Shown: piece by piece, positions 31,203-41,782 of the stretch
Position numbering within the stretch: the stretch's first letter is position 1
Layout: every line of letters starts with the position of its first letter
From: Gammaproteobacteria bacterium
GTDB lineage: Bacteria; Pseudomonadota; Gammaproteobacteria; Natronospirales; REEB76
DNA: 64,000 nucleotides
Direction: 5' to 3'
NCBI GenBank assembly: GCA_049591455.1
Contig: JBAWFA010000007.1
Span: forward strand, 27,462 to 91,461
Notes under the pieces: model-generated
Told to the model about the DNA's origin: nothing
The model's database searches: none
The model's input: the letters and a program-made list of their open reading frames with translations, nothing else
Made by a program: the position numbers and the translations under genes

Positions 31203-32143
31203 GGCAGACGCGCCGCCGCCCGCAGTACCGCGCTGCGGGCGCGCGGGTTGAGGGCGATTTCCGCCCTGTCCGGATGCACCGCCCTGCCAACTGGACGCAA
31301 ACTTGGATTCGCATTTGACCGGACCCAGGGGGCGCGCGGATCCGGCGGCATTTCCCGGCTGTGGCTGCGGATAAAGCGTTTGACCAAGCGGTCTTCCAGG
31401 GAGTGAAAGCTGATGACCGCGAGCCGTCCACCCGGTGCCAGAACCCTCAGACATTGATCCAGACAGCTCGCCAGTTCTTCCAATTCGCCGTTGATGAAAA
31501 TACGCAGGGCCTGGAAAGTCCGCGTGGCGGGATGTTTGTTGCGCTCACGTCTAAGAACCGCCCCGCTCACGATAGCGGCGAGCTGTCGTGTGGTGGCAAT
31601 GGGAGTGGAGGCGCGCACCGCAACGATGGCGCGGGCGATGCGCTTTGCAAAACGCTCTTCGCCATATTGATAAATCACATCGGCGAGTTCTTTTTCTTCC
31701 GCCTGTGTGAGCCATTCAGCGGCGCTCTCCCCCGCATCCGGGTCCATGCGCATGTCCAGTGGACCGTCGGACATGAAACTGAAACCCCGCTTTGGATCGT
31801 CGAGTTGTGCAGAAGACACACCCAGGTCCAGCAATACGCCGTTCACCTGCCCCGTCACACCCGTTTGCCGAGCAATATGCTCCAGCATGGAAAACGCACC
31901 TCTGTGTAGCGTAAACCGCCTGTCATCACCCCACTGCGCCTGCCCAACCGCCACCGCTTCCGGATCCCGGTCAATCGCAATCAAGCTTCCCTGCTGCCCC
32001 AACCGCGCCAGGATCTCGCGGGTGTGTCCGCCACGCCCGAAGGTACCGTCCACGTACACACCATCTGCCCGCACCGCGAGCCGCTCCACCGCTTCCTTGA
32101 GCAACACCGGCCGATGCACATGTCCGGTATCCATAGGGGTCAC
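31199..32143 (-). CDS. rsmH: 16S rRNA m4C1402 methyltransferase RsmH (MraW)
   Basis: HRPVLLKEAV..YVDGTFGRGGH..LLDLGVSSAQLD motifs. GTG 32143 overlaps the mraZ stop. ATG 32134 is an alternative start. Confidence 0.93.
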   Translation of the reverse strand: MTPMDTGHVHRPVLLKEAVERLAVRADGVYVDGTFGRGGHTREILARLGQQGSLIAIDRDPEAVAVGQAQWGDDRRFTLHRGAFSMLEHIARQTGVTGQVNGVLLDLGVSSAQLDDPKRGFSFMSDGPLDMRMDPDAGESAAEWLTQAEEKELADVIYQYGEERFAKRIARAIVAVRASTPIATTRQLAAIVSGAVLRRERNKHPATRTFQALRIFINGELEELASCLDQCLRVLAPGGRLAVISFHSLEDRLVKRFIRSHSREMPPDPRAPWVRSNANPSLRPVGRAVHPDRAEIALNPRARSAVLRAAARLP

Positions 32144-32595
32144 AAAGAAAGCCTGGCGAGTTCCTCCGGCAAGCCGCCGCCTGCGCCGTGATCGCCTGCG
32201 AGGCTTTCTTCACGCCTGGCGTCCCAGGCAGCTTTGTCCCACAGTTCAAACTTGTTCATGAGGCCGAGCAGCACCACCTCGCGCTCGAGCCGTGCGAATT
32301 CGCGTAATTCCGGTGGCAGTAATACGCGGCCGTGACTGTCCATGCCCACTTCGGTGGCATGGCCTACCAGCAGGCGCTGCAATTCGCGCACCTGCGGATG
32401 CAGACTGGGCAGATGCACCAGCTTGGCTTCGATTTCTTCCCAGGTCGGCAGTGGATAAATAAGGAGGTAATACCCGCGGTCAATGGTGACCACCAATTGA
32501 CCGTTGCAGGCTTCCGTCAGACGTTCGCGATAACGCGCCGGAATCGCAAGCCGTCCCTTGGCATCCAGCGTCAGATTGTTTACGCCGCGAAACAC
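32140..32595 (-). CDS. mraZ: transcriptional regulator MraZ
   Basis: 151 aa. (M)FRGVNNLTLDAKGRLAIP and a second SpoVT/AbrB-like repeat DSHGRVLLP. GTG start at 32595. Confidence 0.95.
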   Translation of the reverse strand: MFRGVNNLTLDAKGRLAIPARYRERLTEACNGQLVVTIDRGYYLLIYPLPTWEEIEAKLVHLPSLHPQVRELQRLLVGHATEVGMDSHGRVLLPPELREFARLEREVVLLGLMNKFELWDKAAWDARREESLAGDHGAGGGLPEELARLSL

Positions 32596-32620
32596 ATGTC
32601 CACCCCGCTATCTGGATGAT

Positions 32621-32650
32621 CCCATTTCATCCCACTTCTTCCCACCACAA
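32621..32650 (-). promoter_or_regulatory. three direct TGGG(A) repeats with exact 10-bp phasing: candidate MraZ operator
   Basis: The minus strand reads GTGGGAAGAA GTGGGATGAA ATGGGATCAT. On the plus strand CCCA sits at 32621, 32631 and 32641. The repeats lie between the candidate -10 and the mraZ start, matching the TGGGN-N5 repeat arrangement described for E. coli MraZ. Confidence 0.6.
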
Positions 32651-32653
32651 CAC

Positions 32654-32682
32654 ACTATAGAAAGTGATTTACGCCTCGTCAA
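32654..32682 (-). promoter_or_regulatory. candidate sigma70 dcw promoter (Pmra)
   Basis: The minus strand reads TTGACG (32682-32677), a 17-nt spacer, then TATAGT (32659-32654). It is about 60 nt upstream of mraZ in an AT-rich 316-bp intergenic region. Confidence 0.6.
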
Positions 32683-32912
32683 GGGCAAATCACAAGAAAA
32701 TGCTTGTGGGACAGGGGCTTAGGTGTTGTTTATGCGAGGTTTCTTGAAAATAAAGACTCAAGAATCAGCAGCTTGGAAAGCCATCTTAGAGGGTACATTA
32801 AGTCGTAAGCCGTGATTTTGCATGCACTTATGGCGATCGCGTCCCACTTTACAGGTTCAGGGTTGCAGATTGGCTAAAAATTCACCACATGTCGGCTAAA
32901 ACTGACTGAAAG

Positions 32913-33770
32913 TCAATAACGCACGTGATCCCGGCTCAATAAATCATTTAGCTGGACATACGTGAGATCGCACGCCAGCGACTTGAATCCGCCGCCTTCC
33001 AAAAATTTCCCGGCCAACTGCTCCGCAAACGCCAAACTGGCCCGGTGCAGACCCGAGCCGACGCTGACCCGGGCTACTCCGAGAGTTTCCAAATCTGAAA
33101 CCGACGGAGTCTCCGGTCCTGCCAGAATATTAAGCGGGGCCTTAAGCTCCCGGACCAGTTCCGCAATAACGGCGGCATCGTGGATGCCGGGCACGAACAG
33201 GCAGTCAGCTCCCGCCTGCCGGTAGGCTTGAAGCCGTCGCAGGGTCTCGTCCAGGCGTGTGGCCGGCACGCCCACCTGGTGCAGGAACACATCCGTGCGG
33301 GCATTGATCACCAGCGGCATACCTAGGGCATCTGCCGCGCGACGTACGGCCTGCAGGCGTTCCTGCTGTTCCGCGATTTCATGCAACGGCTGTTTCGAAC
33401 CTGCCGGCAGACTGTCTTCCAAATTGACGCCCACCGCACCGGTTTCGATCAACCGCTGGATGACCGCCGCCAATTCATCGGGGGTGTTACCGTAGCCCGT
33501 TTCCATATCCGCACTCAATGGCACCCGTACCGCAGCCACCATGCGCGCCGTTATCGCCAGCACGTCGTCAAGTGGCGCATGCTGGCCGTCGGCATAGCCG
33601 AGACTATTGGCGACGCCGGCGCTGGTGGTGGCAATGGCACGCGCGCCGGCACGCTCGAATACTGCCGCGCTGGCGGCGTCCCAGGCATTGGGCAGCACCA
33701 GAATTGGCGGAGCCTGGTGCAAGCGATGCAAGGTTTCTGCCTTGAATATCTGTGTCGTTCTATCAGGCAT
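32913..33770 (-). CDS. isocitrate lyase / PEP mutase superfamily protein (PEP_mutase-like, function unknown)
   Basis: 285 aa from ATG 33770. LVLPNAWDAASA..ATTSAG..VNLED.. TIM-barrel signature. It lacks the KRCGH motif of true isocitrate/methylisocitrate lyases. Confidence 0.7.
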   Translation of the reverse strand: MPDRTTQIFKAETLHRLHQAPPILVLPNAWDAASAAVFERAGARAIATTSAGVANSLGYADGQHAPLDDVLAITARMVAAVRVPLSADMETGYGNTPDELAAVIQRLIETGAVGVNLEDSLPAGSKQPLHEIAEQQERLQAVRRAADALGMPLVINARTDVFLHQVGVPATRLDETLRRLQAYRQAGADCLFVPGIHDAAVIAELVRELKAPLNILAGPETPSVSDLETLGVARVSVGSGLHRASLAFAEQLAGKFLEGGGFKSLACDLTYVQLNDLLSRDHVRY

Positions 33771-33908
33771 TGCATGCTCCTTTCGAAAATCCGCGCCATG
33801 CACGGTATATATCAGTGCCGCTTCTTGCTATTTCCTGCGTGACCGCGCGCGTTATCCAGAATAAACCGTACATTGGCTGCGTGGACAGAGTTGCGCCAGG
33901 CAAATCGT

Positions 33909-33966
33909 CGGAATTGTTACGAAATGTAACAGCGCCAATTATCCGGAATTGTTACGAAAAGTAACA
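33909..33966. promoter_or_regulatory. two copies of a 23-nt repeat, each containing the palindrome TGTTAC-N5-GTAACA
   Basis: CGGAATTGTTACGAAATGTAACA (33909-33931) and CGGAATTGTTACGAAAAGTAACA (33944-33966) differ by 1 mismatch and are offset by 35 bp. They lie in the divergent intergenic region between the PEP-mutase-like gene and mdtA. A GATAAT hexamer follows at 34003-34008. Confidence 0.5.
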
Positions 33967-34059
33967 AGCCTACATTCGAAATTTCAATTAACAGAATTCT
34001 GCGATAATGCTTGCCGGATTTTCAGACTATCGAACCTTGATTATCACGGATCACAGAAC

Positions 34060-35340
34060 ATGAACATGTCATTCAATCCAGATCACGCTCGCACCAAACG
34101 GTTCAAATATGCGTGGGTCATAGTAGTGGTGCTGATGCTCGCCGTCGCAGCCATCATTACCGCCGTAATCCTGCCGGCGCACAGCCAGGCACGCCGCCGA
34201 TCCGGTCAATTCAGCGGGCCACAACCCGTGCAGGCGGCGGCGGCCGTGCGCGGCGATATTCCGATCACGCTCACCGCCCTTGGCACTGTCACGCCGCTCT
34301 CGATGGTGACCGTGCAAACACAAATCAACGGCCAGCTCATGAAGCTCGGATTCACTGAAGGTCAAATGGTCAAGAAAGGCGCATTTCTCGCCCAGATTGA
34401 TCCGCGTCCGTATGAAGTCGCCCTGGAACAGGCTCAAGGTCAGTTTTCACATGATACGGGACTGCTGCACCAAGCACAAAGTGATCTGGCGCGCTATCGA
34501 AAACTGGCCGCCGAGGATTCGATCTCGGCACAACAACTCGAAGACCAGACCTATCTTGTCGAACAATATCAGGGCACGGTCAAATCCGATCAGGCCGCGA
34601 TAGACAACGCCAAACTCAATTTGATCTATTGCCACATCGTCGCGCCAGTCTCCGGCCGCGTCGGACTGCGCCAGGTTGACGTCGGCAACTATGTGCAAAC
34701 ATCTGACACCAGCGGCATCGTCGTCATCACGGAACTGTCGCCGATCAGCGTGATATTCACTCTTCCGGAAGACAACATCCCGCAGGTGATGCAGCGCGTC
34801 AACGCCGGTGCGCAGTTGCCGGCGACACTCTATGACCGCACCAATACCGACAAGCTTGCCGTCGGCACGCTCACGGCCGTGGACAACCTGGTCAATACCA
34901 CCACCGGCACGGTGCAGTTACGCGCGCTGTTCAAGAACACCGATAACCGGTTGTTCCCCAATGAGTTCGTAAACGTGCAATTGCTGGTGGATGTTCTGAA
35001 GAATGCGACGGTCGTGCCGGTGGCGGCCATTCAGCGCGGTGCGCCTGGTACATTCGTGTACCTCGTCAATCCGGACGACACGGTATCGCTGCGCAAGGTG
35101 ACCCTGGGTCCCACAGACAACGAACGTGTCGCCATACTCTCGGGACTCAACCCCGGAGACCGGGTGGTCACCGACGGCGCCGAACAGTTGCGCGACGGCG
35201 CTAAGGTGATGCTGCCGAAGGCCCCTGCAAGCGCCGCATCCGCGCCAGGTACGGCCACCGCCCAGTCACGATCCACAAAATACAAAGGCTCGAGATACCG
35301 CCGTCACTCCCCCACGCCGCCGCCATCTGGCAGTTCCTGA
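34060..35340 (+). CDS. mdtA: RND efflux periplasmic adaptor (MdtA/MuxA-like)
   Basis: ATG 34060. N-terminal TM anchor, then HlyD-like lipoyl/coiled-coil/beta-barrel pattern ([17 protein letters not shown].., [12 protein letters not shown]). Confidence 0.85.
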   Translation: MNMSFNPDHARTKRFKYAWVIVVVLMLAVAAIITAVILPAHSQARRRSGQFSGPQPVQAAAAVRGDIPITLTALGTVTPLSMVTVQTQINGQLMKLGFTEGQMVKKGAFLAQIDPRPYEVALEQAQGQFSHDTGLLHQAQSDLARYRKLAAEDSISAQQLEDQTYLVEQYQGTVKSDQAAIDNAKLNLIYCHIVAPVSGRVGLRQVDVGNYVQTSDTSGIVVITELSPISVIFTLPEDNIPQVMQRVNAGAQLPATLYDRTNTDKLAVGTLTAVDNLVNTTTGTVQLRALFKNTDNRLFPNEFVNVQLLVDVLKNATVVPVAAIQRGAPGTFVYLVNPDDTVSLRKVTLGPTDNERVAILSGLNPGDRVVTDGAEQLRDGAKVMLPKAPASAASAPGTATAQSRSTKYKGSRYRRHSPTPPPSGSS

Positions 35341-35369
35341 CCCCGGTTTCAGGTGGCGAGCATCCCGGC

Positions 35370-38300
35370 ATGAATCCGTCGCGTCTCTTTATCCTCCGCC
35401 CTGTTGGCACGTCCCTGCTGATGGCGGCCATCGTGCTTGCCGGCGCCGTGGGCTATCTGTTTCTGCCGTTGTCGGCGCTCCCTGAGGTGGACTACCCGAC
35501 CATCCAGGTGCAAACCCTTTATCCGGGCGCGAGCCCGGATGTGATGACCACATCGGTCACCGCCCCGCTGGAAGTGCAACTCGGCCAAATGCCCGGTTTG
35601 AACCAGATGTCCTCGTCTTCTTCGGCGGGGGCCTCGGTCATCACCCTGCAGTTTGATCTGAACCTGAGCCTAGACATCGCCGAGCAGGAAGTACAGGCGG
35701 CACTGAACGCCGCCGGCAACCTTCTGCCCGCGGACCTGCCTGCGCCTCCCATCTACGCGAAAGTCAACCCCGCCGATGCCCCGGTCCTGACGCTTGCGGT
35801 CATGTCGAGCACGCTGCCGCTCACGCAGGTGGAAGATATGGCGGATACCCGCATGGCTCAGAAGATCTCCCAGGTCGCTGGCGTAGGTCTGGTGAGCATC
35901 AGCGGGGGGGCGCGGCCGGCGGTGCGGGTGCACGCCAATCTGCGCGCGCTCGCGAGCTACGGCCTCAACATTGATGACTTGCGCAGTACCCTCGGGAATC
36001 TGAATGTCAACACGCCCAAGGGCAATTTCGATGGTCCGTCCCAGTCCTACACCATCAACGCCAACGATCAGTTGCAAAGCCCCGATGCCTACCTGAACGC
36101 CATCATCGCCTACCGCAACGGCGCACCAGTGCATTTGTCCGACGTGGCCACGGTGGACGAAAGCGCGGAAAACAACAAACTCGGCGCCTGGATGAACACC
36201 ACGCCCGCCATCATTCTCAACATCCAGCGTCAGCCGGGTGCCAACGTGATCACGGTGGTGGACCGGGTCAAGGCACTGCTTCCGGCACTGCAGGCCTCGC
36301 TGCCAGCTTCGGTCACCGTAGCCACGCTCACCGACCGCACCAATACCATCCGCGCCTCGGTGCGCGACACGGAATTTGAACTGGCACTGGCGGTGGCACT
36401 GGTAGTACTGGTGATTTTCCTGTTCCTGCGCAATCTGCCAGCGACCATCATTCCCAGCCTGTCCATCCCGATTTCCATCATCGGCACCTTCGGCGTGATG
36501 TACCTGATCGGTTTCAGTCTGGATAACCTGTCGCTCATGGCACTGACCATCGCCACGGGCTTCGTGGTGGACGACGCGATCGTGATGATCGAGAACATTG
36601 CCCGTTACGTGGAACAGGGAGAACCGCCGCTGGCTGCGGCACTCAAGGGCGCCCAGCAAATCGGCTTCACCATCATCTCCCTCACAGTGTCCCTCATCGC
36701 CGTGCTGATCCCATTGCTGTTCATGGGCGACGTGGTGGGCCGGCTGTTTCACGAGTTTGCCATCACGCTCGCGGTGACCATTGTAATTTCGGCCGTTGTC
36801 TCGCTGACCCTAGTGCCGATGCTGTGCTCCAAGCTGTTGCATGTACAGGTGCAGACCCACGCGCCCGTAAACCGTATTTCCGCCTGGAGCCAGCGCTTCT
36901 TCGACGCCATGATCTCTCGTTACGAGCGCACCCTTGATTTTGTGCTGGAACACGAGCGCGCCACGCTGCTGGTCGCGGTCGCGACCCTGGTGCTGACCGT
37001 GCTGCTGTATTTCGTGATCCCGAAAGGCTTTTTCCCCACCCAGGACACCGGCCTGATCCAGGCGGTGACGCAGGCATCGCCGTCCATTTCCTTCCCCGCC
37101 ATGGTTGACCGGCAACAGGCGCTGGCGCGGACGATCCTGAAGAACCCCGATGTGGTGAGCCTGTCGTCTTTCGTCGGCGTGGACGGTACCAACACCACCC
37201 TGAACAGCGGGCGGTTCCTCATTAATCTGCGCCCACGCGACGACCGGCGGCTGAATGCCAGCGAGATCATCAGCAATTTGCAAAACGAGGTCGCGGATGT
37301 TCCGGGAATCACGTTGTACATGCAGCCGGCCCAGGATCTCACCATCGGCGACACGGTCAGCGCTACCCAGTACCAGTTTGTCCTCGAAGACACCAATCCC
37401 GACGAACTGGCCCAGTGGTCCGGGACGATGCTGACCCGCCTGCAGGCGTTACCGCAGCTTGCGGACGTGGCCAGCGACCTCGGAGAACAGGGCCTGGCCG
37501 CCTATGTCGACATTGATCGCAGTACTGCGGCGCGCTTTGGCATCACACCGGCGACGGTAGATAACGCCCTGTATGACTCATTCGGTCAACGCATCGTTTC
37601 CACGATCTTCACCCAATCGAATCAGTATCGCGTCATTCTCGAAGCGGATCCGGCGATGCAGCAGAGCCTGGATTCGCTGGATTCCATCTACCTGCCGTCC
37701 TCGGTGGCTACCTATGCCCAGGTACCGCTATCGGCCATCTCCACCATCACAACGCGCCAGACGCCGATGGTCATTAACCATCAGAACCAGTTCCCCGCAG
37801 CCACCATTTCCTTCAATCTGGCGAAGGGCGAGTCTCTCGGTGCGGCGGTCAGCGCCATCGAAGGCGTGGAGCGCAACATCCACCTGCCGGAAAGCGTGAT
37901 CACGACCTTCGAGGGCGCAGCGCTGGCGTTCAAGGCAGCGCTCAGCAACGAATTATTCCTGATCCTGGCGGCGATTATCACGGTTTACATTGTCTTGGGT
38001 GTGCTCTACGAGAGTTTCGTGCATCCGCTCACTATTCTTTCGACGCTGCCGTCGGCAGGCGTCGGCGCGCTACTAGCGCTCATGATCGCGCGCAGCGATC
38101 TCGACATCATTTCTATCATCGGCATCGTTCTGCTGATCGGCATTGTCAAGAAAAACGCCATCATGATGATTGACTTCGCCCTGCAAGCCCAGCGCGGCGA
38201 AGGCCTGCCGCCGCGCCAAGCTATCCGTCAGGCCTGTCTGCTGCGCTTCCGGCCGATCATGATGACCACCATGGCGGCACTGCTGGCGGCGCTGCCGCTG

Positions 38301-38480
38301 ATGCTCGGCACTGGCACCGGCTCGGAATTGCGCCGCCCGCTCGGCATCGCCATCGTGGGCGGATTGCTGGTCAGCCAGTTGCTTACGCTGTTTACCACGC
38401 CGGTTATCTATCTTGCCTTCGACAAGCTTGGCGAACGCGTCCGTCTCTGGCGCACGGGCCGCGAGGACGCACGCCCGTGA
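35370..38480 (+). CDS. mdtB: RND permease 1 (MdtB/MuxB-like)
   Basis: 1036 aa, 12-TM AcrB-type architecture. First of two tandem RND genes, the hallmark of the MdtABC/MuxABC type. Confidence 0.9.
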   Translation: MNPSRLFILRPVGTSLLMAAIVLAGAVGYLFLPLSALPEVDYPTIQVQTLYPGASPDVMTTSVTAPLEVQLGQMPGLNQMSSSSSAGASVITLQFDLNLSLDIAEQEVQAALNAAGNLLPADLPAPPIYAKVNPADAPVLTLAVMSSTLPLTQVEDMADTRMAQKISQVAGVGLVSISGGARPAVRVHANLRALASYGLNIDDLRSTLGNLNVNTPKGNFDGPSQSYTINANDQLQSPDAYLNAIIAYRNGAPVHLSDVATVDESAENNKLGAWMNTTPAIILNIQRQPGANVITVVDRVKALLPALQASLPASVTVATLTDRTNTIRASVRDTEFELALAVALVVLVIFLFLRNLPATIIPSLSIPISIIGTFGVMYLIGFSLDNLSLMALTIATGFVVDDAIVMIENIARYVEQGEPPLAAALKGAQQIGFTIISLTVSLIAVLIPLLFMGDVVGRLFHEFAITLAVTIVISAVVSLTLVPMLCSKLLHVQVQTHAPVNRISAWSQRFFDAMISRYERTLDFVLEHERATLLVAVATLVLTVLLYFVIPKGFFPTQDTGLIQAVTQASPSISFPAMVDRQQALARTILKNPDVVSLSSFVGVDGTNTTLNSGRFLINLRPRDDRRLNASEIISNLQNEVADVPGITLYMQPAQDLTIGDTVSATQYQFVLEDTNPDELAQWSGTMLTRLQALPQLADVASDLGEQGLAAYVDIDRSTAARFGITPATVDNALYDSFGQRIVSTIFTQSNQYRVILEADPAMQQSLDSLDSIYLPSSVATYAQVPLSAISTITTRQTPMVINHQNQFPAATISFNLAKGESLGAAVSAIEGVERNIHLPESVITTFEGAALAFKAALSNELFLILAAIITVYIVLGVLYESFVHPLTILSTLPSAGVGALLALMIARSDLDIISIIGIVLLIGIVKKNAIMMIDFALQAQRGEGLPPRQAIRQACLLRFRPIMMTTMAALLAALPLMLGTGTGSELRRPLGIAIVGGLLVSQLLTLFTTPVIYLAFDKLGERVRLWRTGREDARP

Positions 38481-41400
38481 GTCTCGCCACTCCATTCATC
38501 AAACGTCCGGTGGCGACCACGCTGTTGACCGTCGGCATTGCCGTGGCCGGCCTGATCGCATTTCCGCATTTACCAGTGGCGCCTTTGCCGCAGGTGGATT
38601 TCCCCACGATCTCGGTGCAGGCGACGCTTCCAGGCGCCAGCCCCGAAACCGTCGCGGCGACGGTGGCGAGCCCCCTTGAGCGCCATCTGGGGGAAATCGC
38701 CGATGTGACGGAGATGACTTCCCAAAGTTCGGTGGGCAGCACACGCATCGTGTTGCAGTTCGGACTCGATCGGGACATAGACGGGGCAGCGCGTGATGTG
38801 GAAGCAGCCATCAATGCCGCGCGTGCCGACCTTCCGGCCAGCCTGCGCAGCAACCCGACGTACCGCAAGGCCAATCCGGCCGATGCGCCGATATTGATTC
38901 TCGCGCTCACCTCCGACACCCTCACCCAAGGCCAGCTTTATAACGCGGCCTCGAACGTGCTGCAGCAACGGCTTTCGCAACTCGATGGTATCGGCGAAGT
39001 GGATCTGGGCGGCAGTTCATTGCCCGCCGTGCGCGTCGAACTGAACCCCACTGCGCTGTCCAAGTACGGTATCGGCATGGAAGACGTGCGCGCCGCACTT
39101 GCATCGGCCAATGCCAACAGCCCCAAAGGCGCGATCGAATTCGGCGGGCATCACTACCAGCTCTACACCAACGACCAGGCCACCCAGGCAGCGCAATACC
39201 GTTCGCTTGTGGTCGCCTATCGGAACGGCGCCGCCGTGCATCTGACGGACGTGGCGGAGGTGGATGATTCGGTCGAGAACGTGCGCAATGCAGGACTCGC
39301 GAATGGCCGCCCCGCAGTGTTGGTGATTCTGTACCGCAAACCGGGTGCCAACATCATTCAGACGGTTGACGGCGTGCGTGCGCTGCTGCCAGCGCTCCAG
39401 GCTTCGGTGCCTGCAAATATAAACATCGCGGTGGCGCTCGACCGCAGCACTACTGTGCGCGCGGCGCTGCATGATACCGAGCTTACACTGCTGATTGCGG
39501 TGATCCTGGTGATCCTGGTGGTGTTTCTGTTCCTGGGTGACGTGCGCGCCGCACTCATCCCGAGCGTCGCGGTGCCGATCTCCATAATCGGCACATTCGG
39601 CGGCATGTATCTGCTCGGCTTCAGCCTCGACAACCTCTCGCTCATGGCGCTCACCATCTCCACCGGCTTCGTGGTGGATGATGCCATCGTGGTACTTGAA
39701 AACATTACCCGCCACATTGAGGCAGGCATGTCACGCAAGGAAGCGGCCTTGCTCGGCGCCCGCGAGGTGAGTTTCACCGTGCTGTCCATCAGCCTGTCGC
39801 TGGTGGCGGTGTTCCTGCCCATCCTGCTCATGGGCGGCATTGTGGGACGGCTGTTCCGGGAATTCGCCATCACCCTGTCGCTGGCCATCGGCGTGTCGTT
39901 GCTGGTCTCGCTTACCACCACACCCATGATGTGCTCCAGAATCCTGCGCGAACGCAAATCCATGCGTGCGCGGGCACGGCCGCGCCTGAGTACCAGGCTA
40001 TTCGATTCCCTGCGCCGCGGTTATGCGCACAGTCTCGACTGGTCACTGCGTCACCCGCGACTGGTAATGTTGACACTGGGCACCACGGTGGCTCTCACGA
40101 TCCTGCTGTTTATCACGATTCCCAAGGGATTCTTTCCCCAGGAAGACACCGGCCGGATCATCGGCGGCATCCAGGCCGACCAGAGCATCTCGTTCCAGCT
40201 CATGCGCCAGAAATTCACGCAGTTCATGTCCATCGTCCAGCATGATCCGGCAGTCGAGAACGTGGTCGGGTTCACCGGTGGCCGGCAAACCAATTCCGGC
40301 TTTGTGTTCATTTCGCTCAAACCACTCAGCGAACGCAAACTCTCGGCCGATCAGGTCATCGGCCGCTTGCGCAAAAAACTCAGCCGCGTGCCGGGGGCGC
40401 GTCTTTTCATGCAATCGGTCCAGGATATCCACGTGGGTGGCCGGCAGAGCAATGCCGAGTACCAGTACACCCTGCAATCCGACTCCGCCCAGACGCTCTA
40501 CGAATGGGCACCGCGCCTGCAGGCCGCGCTGCAAAACTCATCCGTGCTGCAGGATGTCAATTCCGACCAGCAGCAGGGTGGACTGGAGACCGATCTGGTG
40601 ATTGACCGGCCGACTGCTGCGCGCCTCGGCGTCACACCAAGCGAAATTGACAATGCACTGTACGACGCATTCGGGCAACGCCAGGTTTCCACCATCTACG
40701 AGCAAATGAACCAGTACCACGTGGTCATGGAAGTAGCGCCTCGTTACTGGCAGAGTCCCGACTCGCTCAAATATATCTACGTGAGTACCTCGGGTGGAGC
40801 CGCCAGCGGTACACAATCCACGAATGCGGTGGCCGGCACCGTGACCGCTGCAGCCGGTCCTGGCTCAGGCGCCGCCGGCGCACCCTCGGCGGCAGCCATC
40901 GCCAGCGATTCGGCGCGTAACGCCGCCATCAACTCAATCGCCAGCACCGGACACTCGTCGGCTTCCAGCGGCACGCCCGTGAGCACCAGCGCCGAAACCC
41001 TGGTACCGCTGGCGGCGTTCACTCGGTATGTGCCCGGCAGCACGCCGCTCTCGGTCAACCATCAGGGCCTGTTCGTGGCGAGTACCCTGTCGTTCAATCT
41101 GGCGCCGGGCAAATCGCTGAGCGACGCGGTGACCGCCATCCGCCAGGCTGAAGTCGCGATCGGCATGCCGAGCTCCATCCACGGCGATTTTCAGGGTACG
41201 GCGCAGGTATTCGAGCAGTCGCTGGCCAGCGAGCCAATCCTGATCCTGGCCGCGCTGGTGGCCGTGTATATAGTGCTTGGCTTCCTGTATGAAAGTTACG
41301 TGCATCCCATCACAATACTTTCCACGTTGCCATCGGCGGGGGTTGGCGCATTGCTCGCGCTCACGGTTTGCCACATTCCCTTCACCATCATTTCCCTGAT

Positions 41401-41782
41401 CGGCCTGATCCTGCTGATAGGAATCGTGAAAAAGAACGCCATCCTGATGATTGACTTTGCAATCACCGCCGAACGCAGCCGCAACCTTTCGCCCGGGGAT
41501 GCAATCCGGGAAGCCTGCCTGCTGCGTTTCCGTCCCATCATGATGACGACCTGCGCGGCCATGCTCGGCGCCCTGCCGCTGGTGTTCGTCACCGGTTACG
41601 GAACCGAGCTGCGGCGGCCACTGGGCATTGCGGTGATCGGCGGCCTGCTATTCAGTCAGGCGCTCACGCTGTACACCACGCCGGTCACGTATTTGTATCT
41701 GGACCGCTTGCGTCTGTGGCTGTTGCGGCGTGGCAATCGGCCGCACGGCCTGCCGCCGGCGGCTGTGCAAGGAGAACATTGA
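38477..41782 (+). CDS. mdtC: RND permease 2 (MdtC/MuxC-like) with a low-complexity insertion
   Basis: 1101 aa. GTG start overlaps the mdtB stop (GTGA). Collinear with the upstream paralogue except for an extra Ala/Ser/Gly/Thr-rich segment of about 72 aa (aa ~770-841). Confidence 0.9.
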   Translation: MSLATPFIKRPVATTLLTVGIAVAGLIAFPHLPVAPLPQVDFPTISVQATLPGASPETVAATVASPLERHLGEIADVTEMTSQSSVGSTRIVLQFGLDRDIDGAARDVEAAINAARADLPASLRSNPTYRKANPADAPILILALTSDTLTQGQLYNAASNVLQQRLSQLDGIGEVDLGGSSLPAVRVELNPTALSKYGIGMEDVRAALASANANSPKGAIEFGGHHYQLYTNDQATQAAQYRSLVVAYRNGAAVHLTDVAEVDDSVENVRNAGLANGRPAVLVILYRKPGANIIQTVDGVRALLPALQASVPANINIAVALDRSTTVRAALHDTELTLLIAVILVILVVFLFLGDVRAALIPSVAVPISIIGTFGGMYLLGFSLDNLSLMALTISTGFVVDDAIVVLENITRHIEAGMSRKEAALLGAREVSFTVLSISLSLVAVFLPILLMGGIVGRLFREFAITLSLAIGVSLLVSLTTTPMMCSRILRERKSMRARARPRLSTRLFDSLRRGYAHSLDWSLRHPRLVMLTLGTTVALTILLFITIPKGFFPQEDTGRIIGGIQADQSISFQLMRQKFTQFMSIVQHDPAVENVVGFTGGRQTNSGFVFISLKPLSERKLSADQVIGRLRKKLSRVPGARLFMQSVQDIHVGGRQSNAEYQYTLQSDSAQTLYEWAPRLQAALQNSSVLQDVNSDQQQGGLETDLVIDRPTAARLGVTPSEIDNALYDAFGQRQVSTIYEQMNQYHVVMEVAPRYWQSPDSLKYIYVSTSGGAASGTQSTNAVAGTVTAAAGPGSGAAGAPSAAAIASDSARNAAINSIASTGHSSASSGTPVSTSAETLVPLAAFTRYVPGSTPLSVNHQGLFVASTLSFNLAPGKSLSDAVTAIRQAEVAIGMPSSIHGDFQGTAQVFEQSLASEPILILAALVAVYIVLGFLYESYVHPITILSTLPSAGVGALLALTVCHIPFTIISLIGLILLIGIVKKNAILMIDFAITAERSRNLSPGDAIREACLLRFRPIMMTTCAAMLGALPLVFVTGYGTELRRPLGIAVIGGLLFSQALTLYTTPVTYLYLDRLRLWLLRRGNRPHGLPPAAVQGEH

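Noticed and set aside
32913-33803. The PEP-mutase-family gene as the seed of a phosphonate biosynthetic cluster.
   Set aside because: There is no phosphonopyruvate decarboxylase, aminotransferase or other phosphonate gene nearby. The active-site region reads NLEDSLPAGS rather than the motifs I associate with true PEP mutases or isocitrate lyases. The neighbours are an efflux pump and the dcw promoter.
40784-40999. The Ala/Ser/Gly-rich segment of mdtC as a tandem DNA repeat, VNTR or CRISPR-like array.
   Set aside because: I could find no exact or near-exact repeated DNA unit. The bias is compositional, and the segment stays in frame with conserved flanks.
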